64,000 nucleotides of DNA from NCBI GenBank assembly GCA_001804805.1, contig MHBH01000033.1, positions 62,882-126,881 of the forward strand, written 5' to 3'. The stretch is from Lentisphaerae bacterium GWF2_49_21 (GTDB lineage Bacteria; Verrucomicrobiota; Lentisphaeria; Victivallales; GWF2-50-93). Below, piece by piece: positions 9,516 through 18,105 of the stretch. Numbering within the stretch: the first letter of the stretch is position 1; each line of letters opens with the position of its first letter. The translations under genes were made by a program, and so were the position numbers. The notes under the pieces are model-generated. The model made no database searches. It was given only the letters and a program-made list of their open reading frames with translations, and was not told the origin of the DNA.

Positions 9516-10283
9516 ATGAGGATCTGCCATCTAATTCTTTGCGCTTTGCTGGTATTGTTTTTCAGTTCCTGTGATCAGGGGACTTCGGACGATATCAGGC
9601 ATCCTGTCTTTAAAAAGGGACGGAACAAGAAGGAGGACGGCAAATTTGCTGAGTCGGCCAAGGCCTTTGAGGATTACCTGAAGATAAATCCTTATTCCGC
9701 CAAGTGCCATCTTGAACTCGCCTCGCTTTATTCCGACAACCTTGATGATCCATTGGTTGCCATATACCATTTCAGGAAATATCTCGAAATGGAGCCGGAT
9801 TCCCCTGACAGGAAGAAGATTGAAACTTGGATACAGGCTGCTGAAAAGGAATATTATACCCAGTTGAAGTCCAGATATCCGGACGACGAAACGAAAAAAC
9901 AGCTTGAGATCCTAAAGGAGAGGGAGAAGAGATATATCCTGCACCTGACTCGGCTCAGGAACGAGAACGAATACCTGAAAAGTCAGCTTGGACAGAAGCT
10001 TAATACTCAGATCTTTACCGAACAGCCTCCTGCTGCAGAAAATGTCGCGGTGAAGCCGGCTCCAGCTTCCGTAAGCGATTCCACCCCGAAAAAGAAGGAA
10101 ATACCGGAGTTCTATGTGGTCAGGAACGGTGACACGCTTTCCAGGATATCAAAGGAGATGTATGGCGACATTAAATATTACAAGCTCATATTTGAAGCAA
10201 ACAAGGATACTCTTTCTTCTGAAAACCTGCAGATCGGACAGAAACTGCGGATCCCGAAGCTTCCGGAAAAACCGCAGGAATGA
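9516..10283 (+). CDS. lipoprotein with TPR-like region and C-terminal LysM domain
   Basis: Lipobox LVLFFSSC; coiled/TPR-like middle. C-terminal YVVRNGDTLSRISKEMYGDIKYYKLIFEANKDTLSSENLQIGQKLRIP is a LysM pattern. Confidence 0.8.
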   Translation: MRICHLILCALLVLFFSSCDQGTSDDIRHPVFKKGRNKKEDGKFAESAKAFEDYLKINPYSAKCHLELASLYSDNLDDPLVAIYHFRKYLEMEPDSPDRKKIETWIQAAEKEYYTQLKSRYPDDETKKQLEILKEREKRYILHLTRLRNENEYLKSQLGQKLNTQIFTEQPPAAENVAVKPAPASVSDSTPKKKEIPEFYVVRNGDTLSRISKEMYGDIKYYKLIFEANKDTLSSENLQIGQKLRIPKLPEKPQE

Positions 10284-10801
10284 AAACACCAAGGCACAAA
10301 ACACTTATCACCGAGAAAAGAATCCGCAGGCGCGTGGCGGATCTTGCGGAACAGATAAATTCCGACTACAAGGGCAGGGAGCTGGCCTTGATCTTCATTT
10401 CAAGAGGAGCATTTGTTTTCACGGCTGATCTGGCGAGGAAGATAAGACTGCCTGTACGAATCGACTGTGTCAGTGCAAATTCCTACAGGGGGCTGAAGAG
10501 TTCGGGAAAAGTTGAAATTGACGCCAATCTCAAGATTGACATCAAACGGAAGCATGTGCTTCTTGTAGATGACATCCTCGACAGCGGCATTACTTTGAAC
10601 AAGGTGATCCGCAGGCTGGAAAAACTCGGCCCCGCCGATATCAGGACATGCGTCCTTCTTGACAAGACGTCAAAGAGGAAAGTGCCGTTGAAGGCCGATT
10701 ATGTGGGATTCGAAATACCGGATGTCTTCGTATACGGATATGGGCTTGACTACGACGAATACTGCCGCAACCTTCCTTATGTGGCATGTCTGAAGAAGTA
10801 A
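10280..10801 (+). CDS. hpt: hypoxanthine phosphoribosyltransferase
   Basis: PRPP-binding motif VLLVDDILDSGITL and C-terminal GFEIPDVFVYGYGLDYDEYCRNLPYV. ATGA overlap with the upstream gene. Confidence 0.9.
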   Translation: MKTPRHKTLITEKRIRRRVADLAEQINSDYKGRELALIFISRGAFVFTADLARKIRLPVRIDCVSANSYRGLKSSGKVEIDANLKIDIKRKHVLLVDDILDSGITLNKVIRRLEKLGPADIRTCVLLDKTSKRKVPLKADYVGFEIPDVFVYGYGLDYDEYCRNLPYVACLKK

Positions 10802-10866
10802 TTCATACTTAGGATGGAATAAAATGTAATCGTTAAGCTGGATAAGATAGGGCTGTTTGTCATTGA

Positions 10867-10924
10867 AAGTATGTCGGGTTTTAACCCGACACGGGGTTGG
10901 CGGTTTAAAAACCGCCCTACTTAT
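10867..10924 (+). repeat. REP family 1 (two-hairpin element)
   Basis: AAGTATGTCGGGTTTTAACCCGAC-ACGGGG-TTGGCGGTTTAAAAACCGCCCTACTTAT; 58 nt, collinear with 37239-37296. Confidence 0.9.
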
Positions 10925-11023
10925 GGAGGCATAATAAAAATCTGGAAGAATAGCCTTCGGATGTATGCAATGATGATGAAAAACAGCGTATATTACTGTA
11001 AATTTAAAAAAGGACATACGGCC

Positions 11024-11599
11024 ATGGAAAAATCTTTAGTGATTGCGGTTTTAGCTTTTACGGCAGTGTTCTCTGTCACGGCGGCTGACGAAGGGGCGAA
11101 ACCTGATAAACCGGCAGTTGCACCAACGTCGACGCCACCCTCATCGATGGCGAATGCGAGGAAATCTGAAATGTTTGAGGCGCAGGTGCTCAAGGTTTAT
11201 TCCGCCGAAGACGACGGTGCCAAGTTCAAGGCGTATGTGGTGAAGTGGAAGGATGCCGAGGTTGTCGTGGCGGATCCGATTGGGACTTCCGACAAGAAGG
11301 AAGGCGACACGATTAAAATTATGATTCTCCGCATGGATGTGCCGAACAGGGGCAAGATGTTCCGGTTCATGCTCGTGGATTTTACCGGATTCCCTTTGTT
11401 AAAAAAGCTTGAATCAAATGAGCCTCCGCCAAAAGCTCCGGAAGCCGCCCTGGAGGCAAAGCCTGACGCCGTCCCGGAAGCAAAAGCCGCAGAGCCAGAA
11501 GACAATCCAGCCGTTCAAGAGGATAGGCCTGCAAATCCTGAAGAAAAGCCCGTGGTCCAGGAGGAAAAGGTGGAAATGCCAGAAGATCTGAAGGAGTAA
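11024..11599 (+). CDS. secreted hypothetical protein with Pro/Glu/Ala-rich C-terminal tail
   Basis: I prefer ATG 11024 (MEKSLVIAVLAFTAVFSVTAADEG, a signal peptide). The longer track ORF start at 10871 lies inside the REP element. Confidence 0.55.
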   Translation: MEKSLVIAVLAFTAVFSVTAADEGAKPDKPAVAPTSTPPSSMANARKSEMFEAQVLKVYSAEDDGAKFKAYVVKWKDAEVVVADPIGTSDKKEGDTIKIMILRMDVPNRGKMFRFMLVDFTGFPLLKKLESNEPPPKAPEAALEAKPDAVPEAKAAEPEDNPAVQEDRPANPEEKPVVQEEKVEMPEDLKE

Positions 11600-11792
11600 G
11601 ATGATGAACTTCGAACATTCAACTTTGAACTTCCAACATCGAATGGATTAAGAAGCTTCAAGGGAAGATGAAGACAGGCTAAAACCGCAATTTTTCAATC
11701 AGCTCGGTTAAACTGAGTCTGGCAACTTTACTTTTCCTACACTGAAACTATATTAGCAGCTCAACAATCAAGTTTCATCAGGGGTTGGTAAA

Positions 11793-12629
11793 ATGGAAGA
11801 AAAAGCAAACGGTGGAAAAGCTGTCGCCGATGGACAGAAGGAAGAAATTCCCCCATATGTGATAGAGCTGTTTTTCGAGAAGAAGCCGGATCTTAACAAG
11901 GACAGCCTCCTCGAAGCTTTGAAAAAATACACTTCGAATCCGGAGATAGACACTTTTTCCGAGACGGAGAAGACCGTCCTTTCGGCCGGTGATTCCGGAA
12001 ATCCCTCGAAACGGATCAAGATCAACATCGAGCAGAGGAGCTTCGACAGGGAAGGCCTGCTTGAATATGCATCATCCTTCAGGCAGAGCTGGAACTGGCG
12101 TACCGCGAAGGAGACGATACAGAACTGCAACATGATAATCAGGATCAGCGATGAATATTCGGCCAAGATCCCTTATAACTTAAGAGTCGACCTCCTCCGG
12201 AACATCCTGAGGGCGATCGTGGAGAAGATCGGATGCAGCGCAGTCCATTTCCAGATGACCCAGCAGTTCACGAAGCCTGAAAACTATGTCTATTCGTTCT
12301 GCGATCCGTCCCCGGACAAGCTTTTCGGATTCATCAATGTCCGGTTCTTCAAGATACATGACAGCGACGACATGGTGATGGACACCCTTGGCCTGAACGC
12401 ATTAGGCCTCAATGATGTCCAGTGCAGCTTCAAGAGATACAATCCCAAGGACATATCCAACATCCTGTATAACACCGCCTATTATCTCTTCGACAGTGGA
12501 AACATCATCATCGACGGCGACACCGTCCAGGGGCTAAAGAGGACAGACAAATGGGTCTGCAAGAAGGAAACGTCGCTTGTCGCCCCGAAGAGGAAGGTCA
12601 TAGACATTGCACCTGGGCTGTACAAGTAA
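11793..12629 (+). CDS. hypothetical cytoplasmic protein (possibly DUF4261-like; recalled from memory, unverified)
   Basis: 278-aa ORF with coding-like composition and no signal peptide. The segment MDTLGLNALGLNDVQCSF recalls DUF4261-type proteins. Confidence 0.55.
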   Translation: MEEKANGGKAVADGQKEEIPPYVIELFFEKKPDLNKDSLLEALKKYTSNPEIDTFSETEKTVLSAGDSGNPSKRIKINIEQRSFDREGLLEYASSFRQSWNWRTAKETIQNCNMIIRISDEYSAKIPYNLRVDLLRNILRAIVEKIGCSAVHFQMTQQFTKPENYVYSFCDPSPDKLFGFINVRFFKIHDSDDMVMDTLGLNALGLNDVQCSFKRYNPKDISNILYNTAYYLFDSGNIIIDGDTVQGLKRTDKWVCKKETSLVAPKRKVIDIAPGLYK

Positions 12630-12692
12630 AACCTGTTGGGAAATAAAAAACCTCACCGGAAATCTGCAAGGTGTCTTAAATTATTTGTATTT

Positions 12693-12783
12693 GATGCGTA
12701 GCATCTTTGGAGTGCGAAGCCCCTGCTTCGCTTTTTAACCCAAAGCGGCACGGGGGTGCCGCAGTCCAAAGACGCTTTGCGTC
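12693..12783. repeat. REP family 3, inverted pair (BIME-like)
   Basis: Left unit CTTTGGAGT-GCGAAGC-CCCT-GCTTCGC-TTT. Right unit AAA-GCGGCAC-GGGG-GTGCCGC-AGTCCAAAG. Sits between convergent genes. Confidence 0.85.
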
Positions 12784-12856
12784 AAAATTTTAAAAATACG
12801 GTAACGTTTTAATGTTGTCGTAAATATTTTCGATAAGATTTTTAATTTCCTGAATA

Positions 12857-15667
12857 TCAGAGTTTGAATTCTACTGTGACTATCTTCCCTTTGCCAGCTT
12901 TTAGTTTGATGGCTCCGCCCTGCAGGGACAGCTTTTCAAGTCTCTCCTCGCTGAGTTTCGCCATATATGCGCTCTGGAATTTGAATCCGGGCTTGATAAG
13001 GCAGTCCTTCGGTTCCTCAGTCGGATTGTAGAATCTTACGATGACGCTGTTCCTGTCCTCGGCCTTCTTCACCGAGCTCAGGATGATATTGTCGCCTTCG
13101 ATCTCGAGGAAGCTGTTTTGAACCGGCAGGATTCCATGCTGTTTCCCGAACTGGCAGGCCTTCATTGGAGCATTGAATGAGAGAGACTGGTTGTAGAGTC
13201 CGGCCTTCTCCCATGTTCCCTTGTGGGGCATTACGGCGTATCTGAAACTGTAGCTGCCGAGTGACTGCGAACTTTCATCCCCGGGATATTCCATCCAGAG
13301 GCGGTTGTCGCAGGGGATCCTGAGCCTGACGCCCCTGATAAGCCCCATCGCCATCGTGCCGTTTGTGTCGTTCTCGAGGATCTCATAGTCCTTTGCGGCG
13401 TCCGAAAGGATCGCGAGCCCGTCCTTGCCGTCGCTCAGATCGAACCAGAGCTGGGCAGGATGGCGTGCAAGTTCGTTGCCTCTCATTTCGCCGGTGACTG
13501 TCGGCCTGACCGGGAATTCCGTCACCGAGAATGAACCTTCTGCCCAAGTCTTTTCCGCCTTGAGTCCTGTCGGGAAACATACTTTCAGGTAATGATCCCT
13601 GATGGTGTTTGTGATGGAAGTCTCGACTTCGAGATACGGGCTTCCCTTCTTCAGGAGGAGTTTTACGGTGACAGGCATATCCTTCAGGCATTCGGAGCGG
13701 CGTTGCTTGATCCAGTCGAGTTCGGAAGGAAGCTGGAGCGTCTGCTCGATCGTGAAGGAGACGGCCAGGGGGCCGTTCACGTTGACGGATATCCTTGCTG
13801 ATGCATTCAGGCTGTTGACCATGCTGTCGTTGCCGGGATTGCTGGACATCCACATGTTCCCCTTGTCGCCATGATCAAGGAAATAATTGAGGTTCCCGTA
13901 GGAACGTCCGGTCTTCTTGTCTGTGACGTTGAAGGTTCCATTGGCGTTGATATTCACGCGGATGAATTCATTTTCCGCCTCGCAGGGTCCGCTGAGGAGG
14001 TTCAGCGCATGTATGCGCGGGGCATCCCAGCCCTCGTGAGGGTAGGGGTATTCGTTCTTTTCAGTCCATTTGATCTTGTAGGTCTTGTAGCCGAGTGCGG
14101 GTACGTTCTGCGCCAGGAAATACAGATGGACATTGGTGCAGTAGAAAGGCATGTTGCGGCTGCGCGGGTGATAGATGCCTGCGCGTGTCTCATGCCGTTC
14201 GACTTCCTGCATCTGTACCGGTTTGCCGGACATGTCCTCTATTATGAGGTAATTGAGCCTTGCGTCGCGCGGAACGTCGACATAGGCTTCGACGACTTCG
14301 CTGCGCGGGAAGGATGACGGATTATTTACGCTGAGGAAGAATTCCGTGTCTGAAACTCCGCTGGTGTTGATCTCCTTCGTCAAGTTCTGGAGACCGCGGC
14401 GTTCAATGCCCTGTGCGATGACATGCGCCTGCTTGAGCCTGCTCATTTCGCCCTCGCCGAGGGTTTTCGGACCGAGTCCGTGCATGGAATCATGTGCGTG
14501 GCTCTGGAACATCAGCTTCCATATCTTTTCAAGATAGGTTGTAGGATATCTTTCAATTCCGAGGAGCCAGGAGAGCGTAGAGAGCGGCTCCGACCAGCGC
14601 ATGATCCTGTTTTCAGCATGGCTGTTTTCTATCATGATCTCGGGATGGATCGTGAATACGTCGGTGTGGATGGCGCCGACAGGACCGTCGCGCATCGGAC
14701 CCTTTACGACTGCAAGATCCTTGCGGTCCTTCAGGATTCCCTTGATCTCGTCCAGATAATCCTTGAGGGTGCTGTGCACGACATCATATTCGTCCTTGAA
14801 CTCCTCCTTGAAGGCCTTTATCATGTCGGCCATCAGGGGATGAGGCTCGGTGAAATCGGTGCCGTCGAAGAAGAGCACGGCTTCCGGCGCGGCAGTGCCT
14901 TCGACTGTCTTCAGGGTGCGTTCCATCGCCATCCGCAGATTGTCCTTGTTGAAGGATGTCTCCGGATCAAGTATGTCGTAGAACCATCCGTGTCCTTCAG
15001 GATCCGCGGTATGGAAGACCTTTCCGAGTTCGCCCCATTTGAACTGCCAGTCCTTGTGCCAGGCATCCTTGTCGTATACGAGCGGGATATGTCCTGCAAA
15101 GAAGAAGTTCCAGCGGGCTTCGCGCCCGAGCCTGGAAGCGAGTGCGCGCGTGCCGTCGGGCGCCTCCCATATGAATTCATGGTATTTGGACTTCTTTGGA
15201 TCCATGTGCTTATAGAATAGGATTGTATCGATGCCGAAGTTGGCGTAGATCTGCGGAAGCTGGGCGATCTGGCCGAAGGAGAAGACATTGTATCCGCATT
15301 TCAGTACATGTCCGTATTCCTTGGATTTCCTGACGCCGTAGAGGATGTTGCGGACGACGGATTCGCCCTGGATCGGGGCGCAGTCGGCGAGGGTGTACCA
15401 GGGGCCGAGTTCGAGGCGGCCGTCTTTTGCAAGCTTCTTGATCTCTTCGGTCTTTTCAGGCCTGATCTCGAGGTAGTCGTCGAGCATGGTGACCTGTCCG
15501 TCGAAGAGGAAGGACCTGTAGTCTTTTTTCTTCTTTATGATCTCGAGAAGCTTGTCGACACAGTCCACCAGACGCATGCGCGTCCTTTCAAATTCCCAGC
15601 GGAATTCCCTGTCCCAGTGAGTGTAGCTGACGATATGGATTCTCTTTTTCCCGGTCAAATTCTTCAT
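12857..15667 (-). CDS. glycoside hydrolase family 38 (alpha-mannosidase / mannosylglycerate-hydrolase-like)
   Basis: 936 aa. N-terminal IHIVSYTHWDREFRWEF is the GH38 metal-site motif; size and remaining architecture fit GH38. Confidence 0.88.
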   Translation of the reverse strand: MKNLTGKKRIHIVSYTHWDREFRWEFERTRMRLVDCVDKLLEIIKKKKDYRSFLFDGQVTMLDDYLEIRPEKTEEIKKLAKDGRLELGPWYTLADCAPIQGESVVRNILYGVRKSKEYGHVLKCGYNVFSFGQIAQLPQIYANFGIDTILFYKHMDPKKSKYHEFIWEAPDGTRALASRLGREARWNFFFAGHIPLVYDKDAWHKDWQFKWGELGKVFHTADPEGHGWFYDILDPETSFNKDNLRMAMERTLKTVEGTAAPEAVLFFDGTDFTEPHPLMADMIKAFKEEFKDEYDVVHSTLKDYLDEIKGILKDRKDLAVVKGPMRDGPVGAIHTDVFTIHPEIMIENSHAENRIMRWSEPLSTLSWLLGIERYPTTYLEKIWKLMFQSHAHDSMHGLGPKTLGEGEMSRLKQAHVIAQGIERRGLQNLTKEINTSGVSDTEFFLSVNNPSSFPRSEVVEAYVDVPRDARLNYLIIEDMSGKPVQMQEVERHETRAGIYHPRSRNMPFYCTNVHLYFLAQNVPALGYKTYKIKWTEKNEYPYPHEGWDAPRIHALNLLSGPCEAENEFIRVNINANGTFNVTDKKTGRSYGNLNYFLDHGDKGNMWMSSNPGNDSMVNSLNASARISVNVNGPLAVSFTIEQTLQLPSELDWIKQRRSECLKDMPVTVKLLLKKGSPYLEVETSITNTIRDHYLKVCFPTGLKAEKTWAEGSFSVTEFPVRPTVTGEMRGNELARHPAQLWFDLSDGKDGLAILSDAAKDYEILENDTNGTMAMGLIRGVRLRIPCDNRLWMEYPGDESSQSLGSYSFRYAVMPHKGTWEKAGLYNQSLSFNAPMKACQFGKQHGILPVQNSFLEIEGDNIILSSVKKAEDRNSVIVRFYNPTEEPKDCLIKPGFKFQSAYMAKLSEERLEKLSLQGGAIKLKAGKGKIVTVEFKL

Positions 15668-15771
15668 TGTCAGAGGCTCCTTTTTATGTGAAATAATTTT
15701 TTAGGTTCCTTTTATTTTCCTGATAAACATATCCGAAACAGGAATAAAATCAATACAATAACTATAAATAA

Positions 15772-15787
15772 ATACAATATTGTATTG
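15772..15787. promoter_or_regulatory. perfect 16-bp palindrome AATACAATATTGTATT (candidate operator)
   Basis: Lies in the AT-rich divergent GH38/LacI spacer. Further TACAAT/ATTGTA words flank it (CAATACAAT at about 15751, ATTGTATT at about 15792). Confidence 0.35.
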
Positions 15788-15903
15788 ATTATTGTATTTA
15801 TAGTCTGCTTGATGAGGACAACTGCAGGATAAATGAAAATATGAACATGGTTTATAAAATATTAATACAATAGGGAAATATATAAAATAGTTTTAAAATA
15901 GTC

Positions 15904-15932
15904 TTGACAATAACAAGTGATAATGTTATAAA
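15904..15932 (+). promoter_or_regulatory. sigma70-like promoter for the LacI gene
   Basis: TTGACA (15904-15909), 17-nt spacer, TATAAA (15927-15932). Followed immediately by palindrome ATTACAT-N5-ATGTAAT (15932-15950). Confidence 0.5.
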
Positions 15933-15974
15933 TTACATAATTAATGTAATATACGACATTCATATGGGGATGCT

Positions 15975-16994
15975 ATGGTTAAAGTAACAAATATAAATGG
16001 AATTGCGAAGCTCGCAGGGGTTTCAACTGCGACTGTCTCCCGCGTGATGAACAACAAGAGCATTGTCCACGAGGATACCAGACGGAAGATCCTCCAGATC
16101 GCGAGGGATATGAACTACCGGCCAGGACTTGCCGGCGGGAAAAAAGATGGCGGGATCAGGACCATCGGGCTGATCATGCCCAGCAATATCAGCGATTTCT
16201 TCTACGGAATTGAAAATGAAATCAAAAGAATGAAGCACAGGCTGCTGTTTTCAACTTATCATGGAAGCGAGGAGTCTCTGAGGGATATTATGGAATACAT
16301 GGAATCACTCTGTGTCGATGGAATAATCCTCATGGTTCCGCAGGCGGAGATAAATGTCAGAGATCTCCTTTCCGATACGCTTGTCCCCGTCGTGACTTTC
16401 AGCACTCCGTCCGGAATCGGCTGCTGCACTTCGATAAGAATTGACAATGCCCAGGGCGCATATGTGGCCGTAGAGCATCTGATCAAGAACCACAGGCATA
16501 AAAAAATTGCGATGATAAAAGGCCCTGGAAGGAATATTGATTCGGAAGAACGCCTGCAGGGCTTCATGGACGCGCATGGGAAGAATGGGATTCCGGTGAA
16601 GTCAAATTTCATAGTCGAAGGCGACTTCACCTACCAGTCGGGCTTCTACGCGTTCTCCCGTCTCGTCTCGCTTCCGGAGAGGCCGGATGCGGTATTTGCC
16701 GCGAATGACGTCATGGCCGCCGGTGCATATGAGGCCGCGAAGGCGAGGGGGCTTGTGATTGGCAGGGATATTGCGATCGTCGGATTTGACGACATCCAGC
16801 TGTCCGGACTGATCAAGCCGTCGCTGACGACAGTGCACGTGCATTTCAACGAGCTCGGAGTCAAGGCCCTCTCCCATCTTGTCAATATAATAGAAGGCAG
16901 GACCGACCGGAACGAGATGCATGACGAGAGGATTTCCTCCGGCCTTATCATCAGGGAATCGTGCGGCTGCAAGGTGGAGAACAGGATTTTGTGA
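15975..16994 (+). CDS. LacI family transcriptional regulator
   Basis: HTH IAKLAGVSTATVSRVMNNKSIVHEDTRRKILQIARDMNYRP, plus a PBP1 core with AVFAANDVMAAGAY and DIAIVGFDD. Confidence 0.9.
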   Translation: MVKVTNINGIAKLAGVSTATVSRVMNNKSIVHEDTRRKILQIARDMNYRPGLAGGKKDGGIRTIGLIMPSNISDFFYGIENEIKRMKHRLLFSTYHGSEESLRDIMEYMESLCVDGIILMVPQAEINVRDLLSDTLVPVVTFSTPSGIGCCTSIRIDNAQGAYVAVEHLIKNHRHKKIAMIKGPGRNIDSEERLQGFMDAHGKNGIPVKSNFIVEGDFTYQSGFYAFSRLVSLPERPDAVFAANDVMAAGAYEAAKARGLVIGRDIAIVGFDDIQLSGLIKPSLTTVHVHFNELGVKALSHLVNIIEGRTDRNEMHDERISSGLIIRESCGCKVENRIL

Positions 16995-17024
16995 ATATCG
17001 AATAATGAACAACTAATATCGAAT
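16994..17024 (+). promoter_or_regulatory. direct repeat AATATCGAAT x2, 21 bp apart
   Basis: 16994-17003 and 17015-17024, in the 52-nt spacer between LacI and the DUF1559 gene. Confidence 0.3.
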
Positions 17025-17046
17025 GACAAAAGAATAAAGGTGCCCC

Positions 17047-17763
17047 ATGCTTATCATCACGAAAAAATTTAAAAAGGAGTTTACTTTAATCGAACTTCTA
17101 GTCGTGATCGCGATCATTTCGATTCTCGCCGCCCTTCTCCTGCCTGCGCTCAAGCAGGCGAAGGAGACCGCCTGGGCCACGGTCTGCAAGTCGAACCTGA
17201 AACAGCAATTTACGGGTTTTCTCATATATGCAACAGACAACAGGGATTACCTCCCTCCTAGCATGATAAACTATCCGGATTTCTGGTATGATGGAGTCGA
17301 TTGGAACAACCAGTGGGTCAAATGGTACTTCGCTCCATTTGTCGGCCAGTATATCGGCATTGCAAAATATGGCGCAATTCCTGAAAGCAGTGTTGCCTAC
17401 TGTCCCAAGGGATATACCAAATACAATCAGAACAAGGACTGGTGGAACCGGGGCTCAACTCTGGGATATAACTGCAAATGGCCCAACAACGGCAATGGAT
17501 ACGAGACCAGCGAGCTGAGGAAATATCCATATCTGAATTTCAGGAACCCCTCCAAGCTCTACATTGTCGTCGATGTGGACGGAGGAGACTTCTTTGCCAG
17601 TTTCGGCGTGAACGATCCGGGCGGGTACTGGTCCGGACAAGGTGTTGAATACCGGCATCTCAATTCCGCAAACATGCTTTTCCTTGATGGACATGTCGAT
17701 ATATCCAAGAACCTCCAGAACGACTACCAGAACGGTGAAAACACATATAAGATCCAGCGGTGA
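17047..17763 (+). CDS. DUF1559-type pseudopilin-like protein
   Basis: Motifs: [45 protein letters not shown] and [15 protein letters not shown] (H-X9-DG). Confidence 0.85.
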   Translation: MLIITKKFKKEFTLIELLVVIAIISILAALLLPALKQAKETAWATVCKSNLKQQFTGFLIYATDNRDYLPPSMINYPDFWYDGVDWNNQWVKWYFAPFVGQYIGIAKYGAIPESSVAYCPKGYTKYNQNKDWWNRGSTLGYNCKWPNNGNGYETSELRKYPYLNFRNPSKLYIVVDVDGGDFFASFGVNDPGGYWSGQGVEYRHLNSANMLFLDGHVDISKNLQNDYQNGENTYKIQR

Positions 17764-17783
17764 CATCAGCTGTCCACCGCAAT

Positions 17784-18025
17784 TCAGCCACAGACTTGCA
17801 CAGACTAAAGATGCAGACTCATATTTTCTCGCACGGAGGCACAAAGCTCACGAAGAAACAACTTTCCCATAAGGAGGAATCGGCAAGGAGGAATACGGAA
17901 CGTGTCTGAGCCGATTAATTATTTATTTCATCTGAGCGATCCGTGGGCAAGGGAATTTCCCTTCGTAAACTTCTGGTATTCTTCGTGGTGATGTCTGAGT
18001 TAAGTCTGTGAGAGTCTGTGGCTGA
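17784..18025. mobile_element. MITE/REP-like element (family 5) with 23-bp terminal inverted repeats
   Basis: TCAGCCACAGACTTGCACAGACT (17784-17806) against the reverse complement of AGTCTGTGAGAGTCTGTGGCTGA (18003-18025): 21/23 match. Inner inverted 9-mer CACGAAGAA/TTCTTCGTG. No ORF inside. Confidence 0.6.
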
Positions 18026-18105
18026 TTTTGCTTCCGAGTTGCTGTATCTTCTCAGGATGGCTATATTATTGAAAGCACAATATTTTCGAGGGATGCTGAC
18101 TGAGC

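Noticed and set aside
10871-11023. Upstream extension of the 11024 gene (MSGFNPTRGWRFKNRPTYGG...)
   Set aside because: The start codon and first 18 codons lie inside REP family 1. The same ghost peptide would be produced at every copy of the element.
13383-15691. Multiple ORFs (e.g. 13871-14317, 14423-15220, 15308-15691 on +, and 13383-13853, 14911-15288 in other minus frames) inside the GH38 gene
   Set aside because: All overlap the 936-aa GH38 frame, which carries clear family motifs. These ORFs are Arg/Gly/Pro-rich alternative-frame artefacts.
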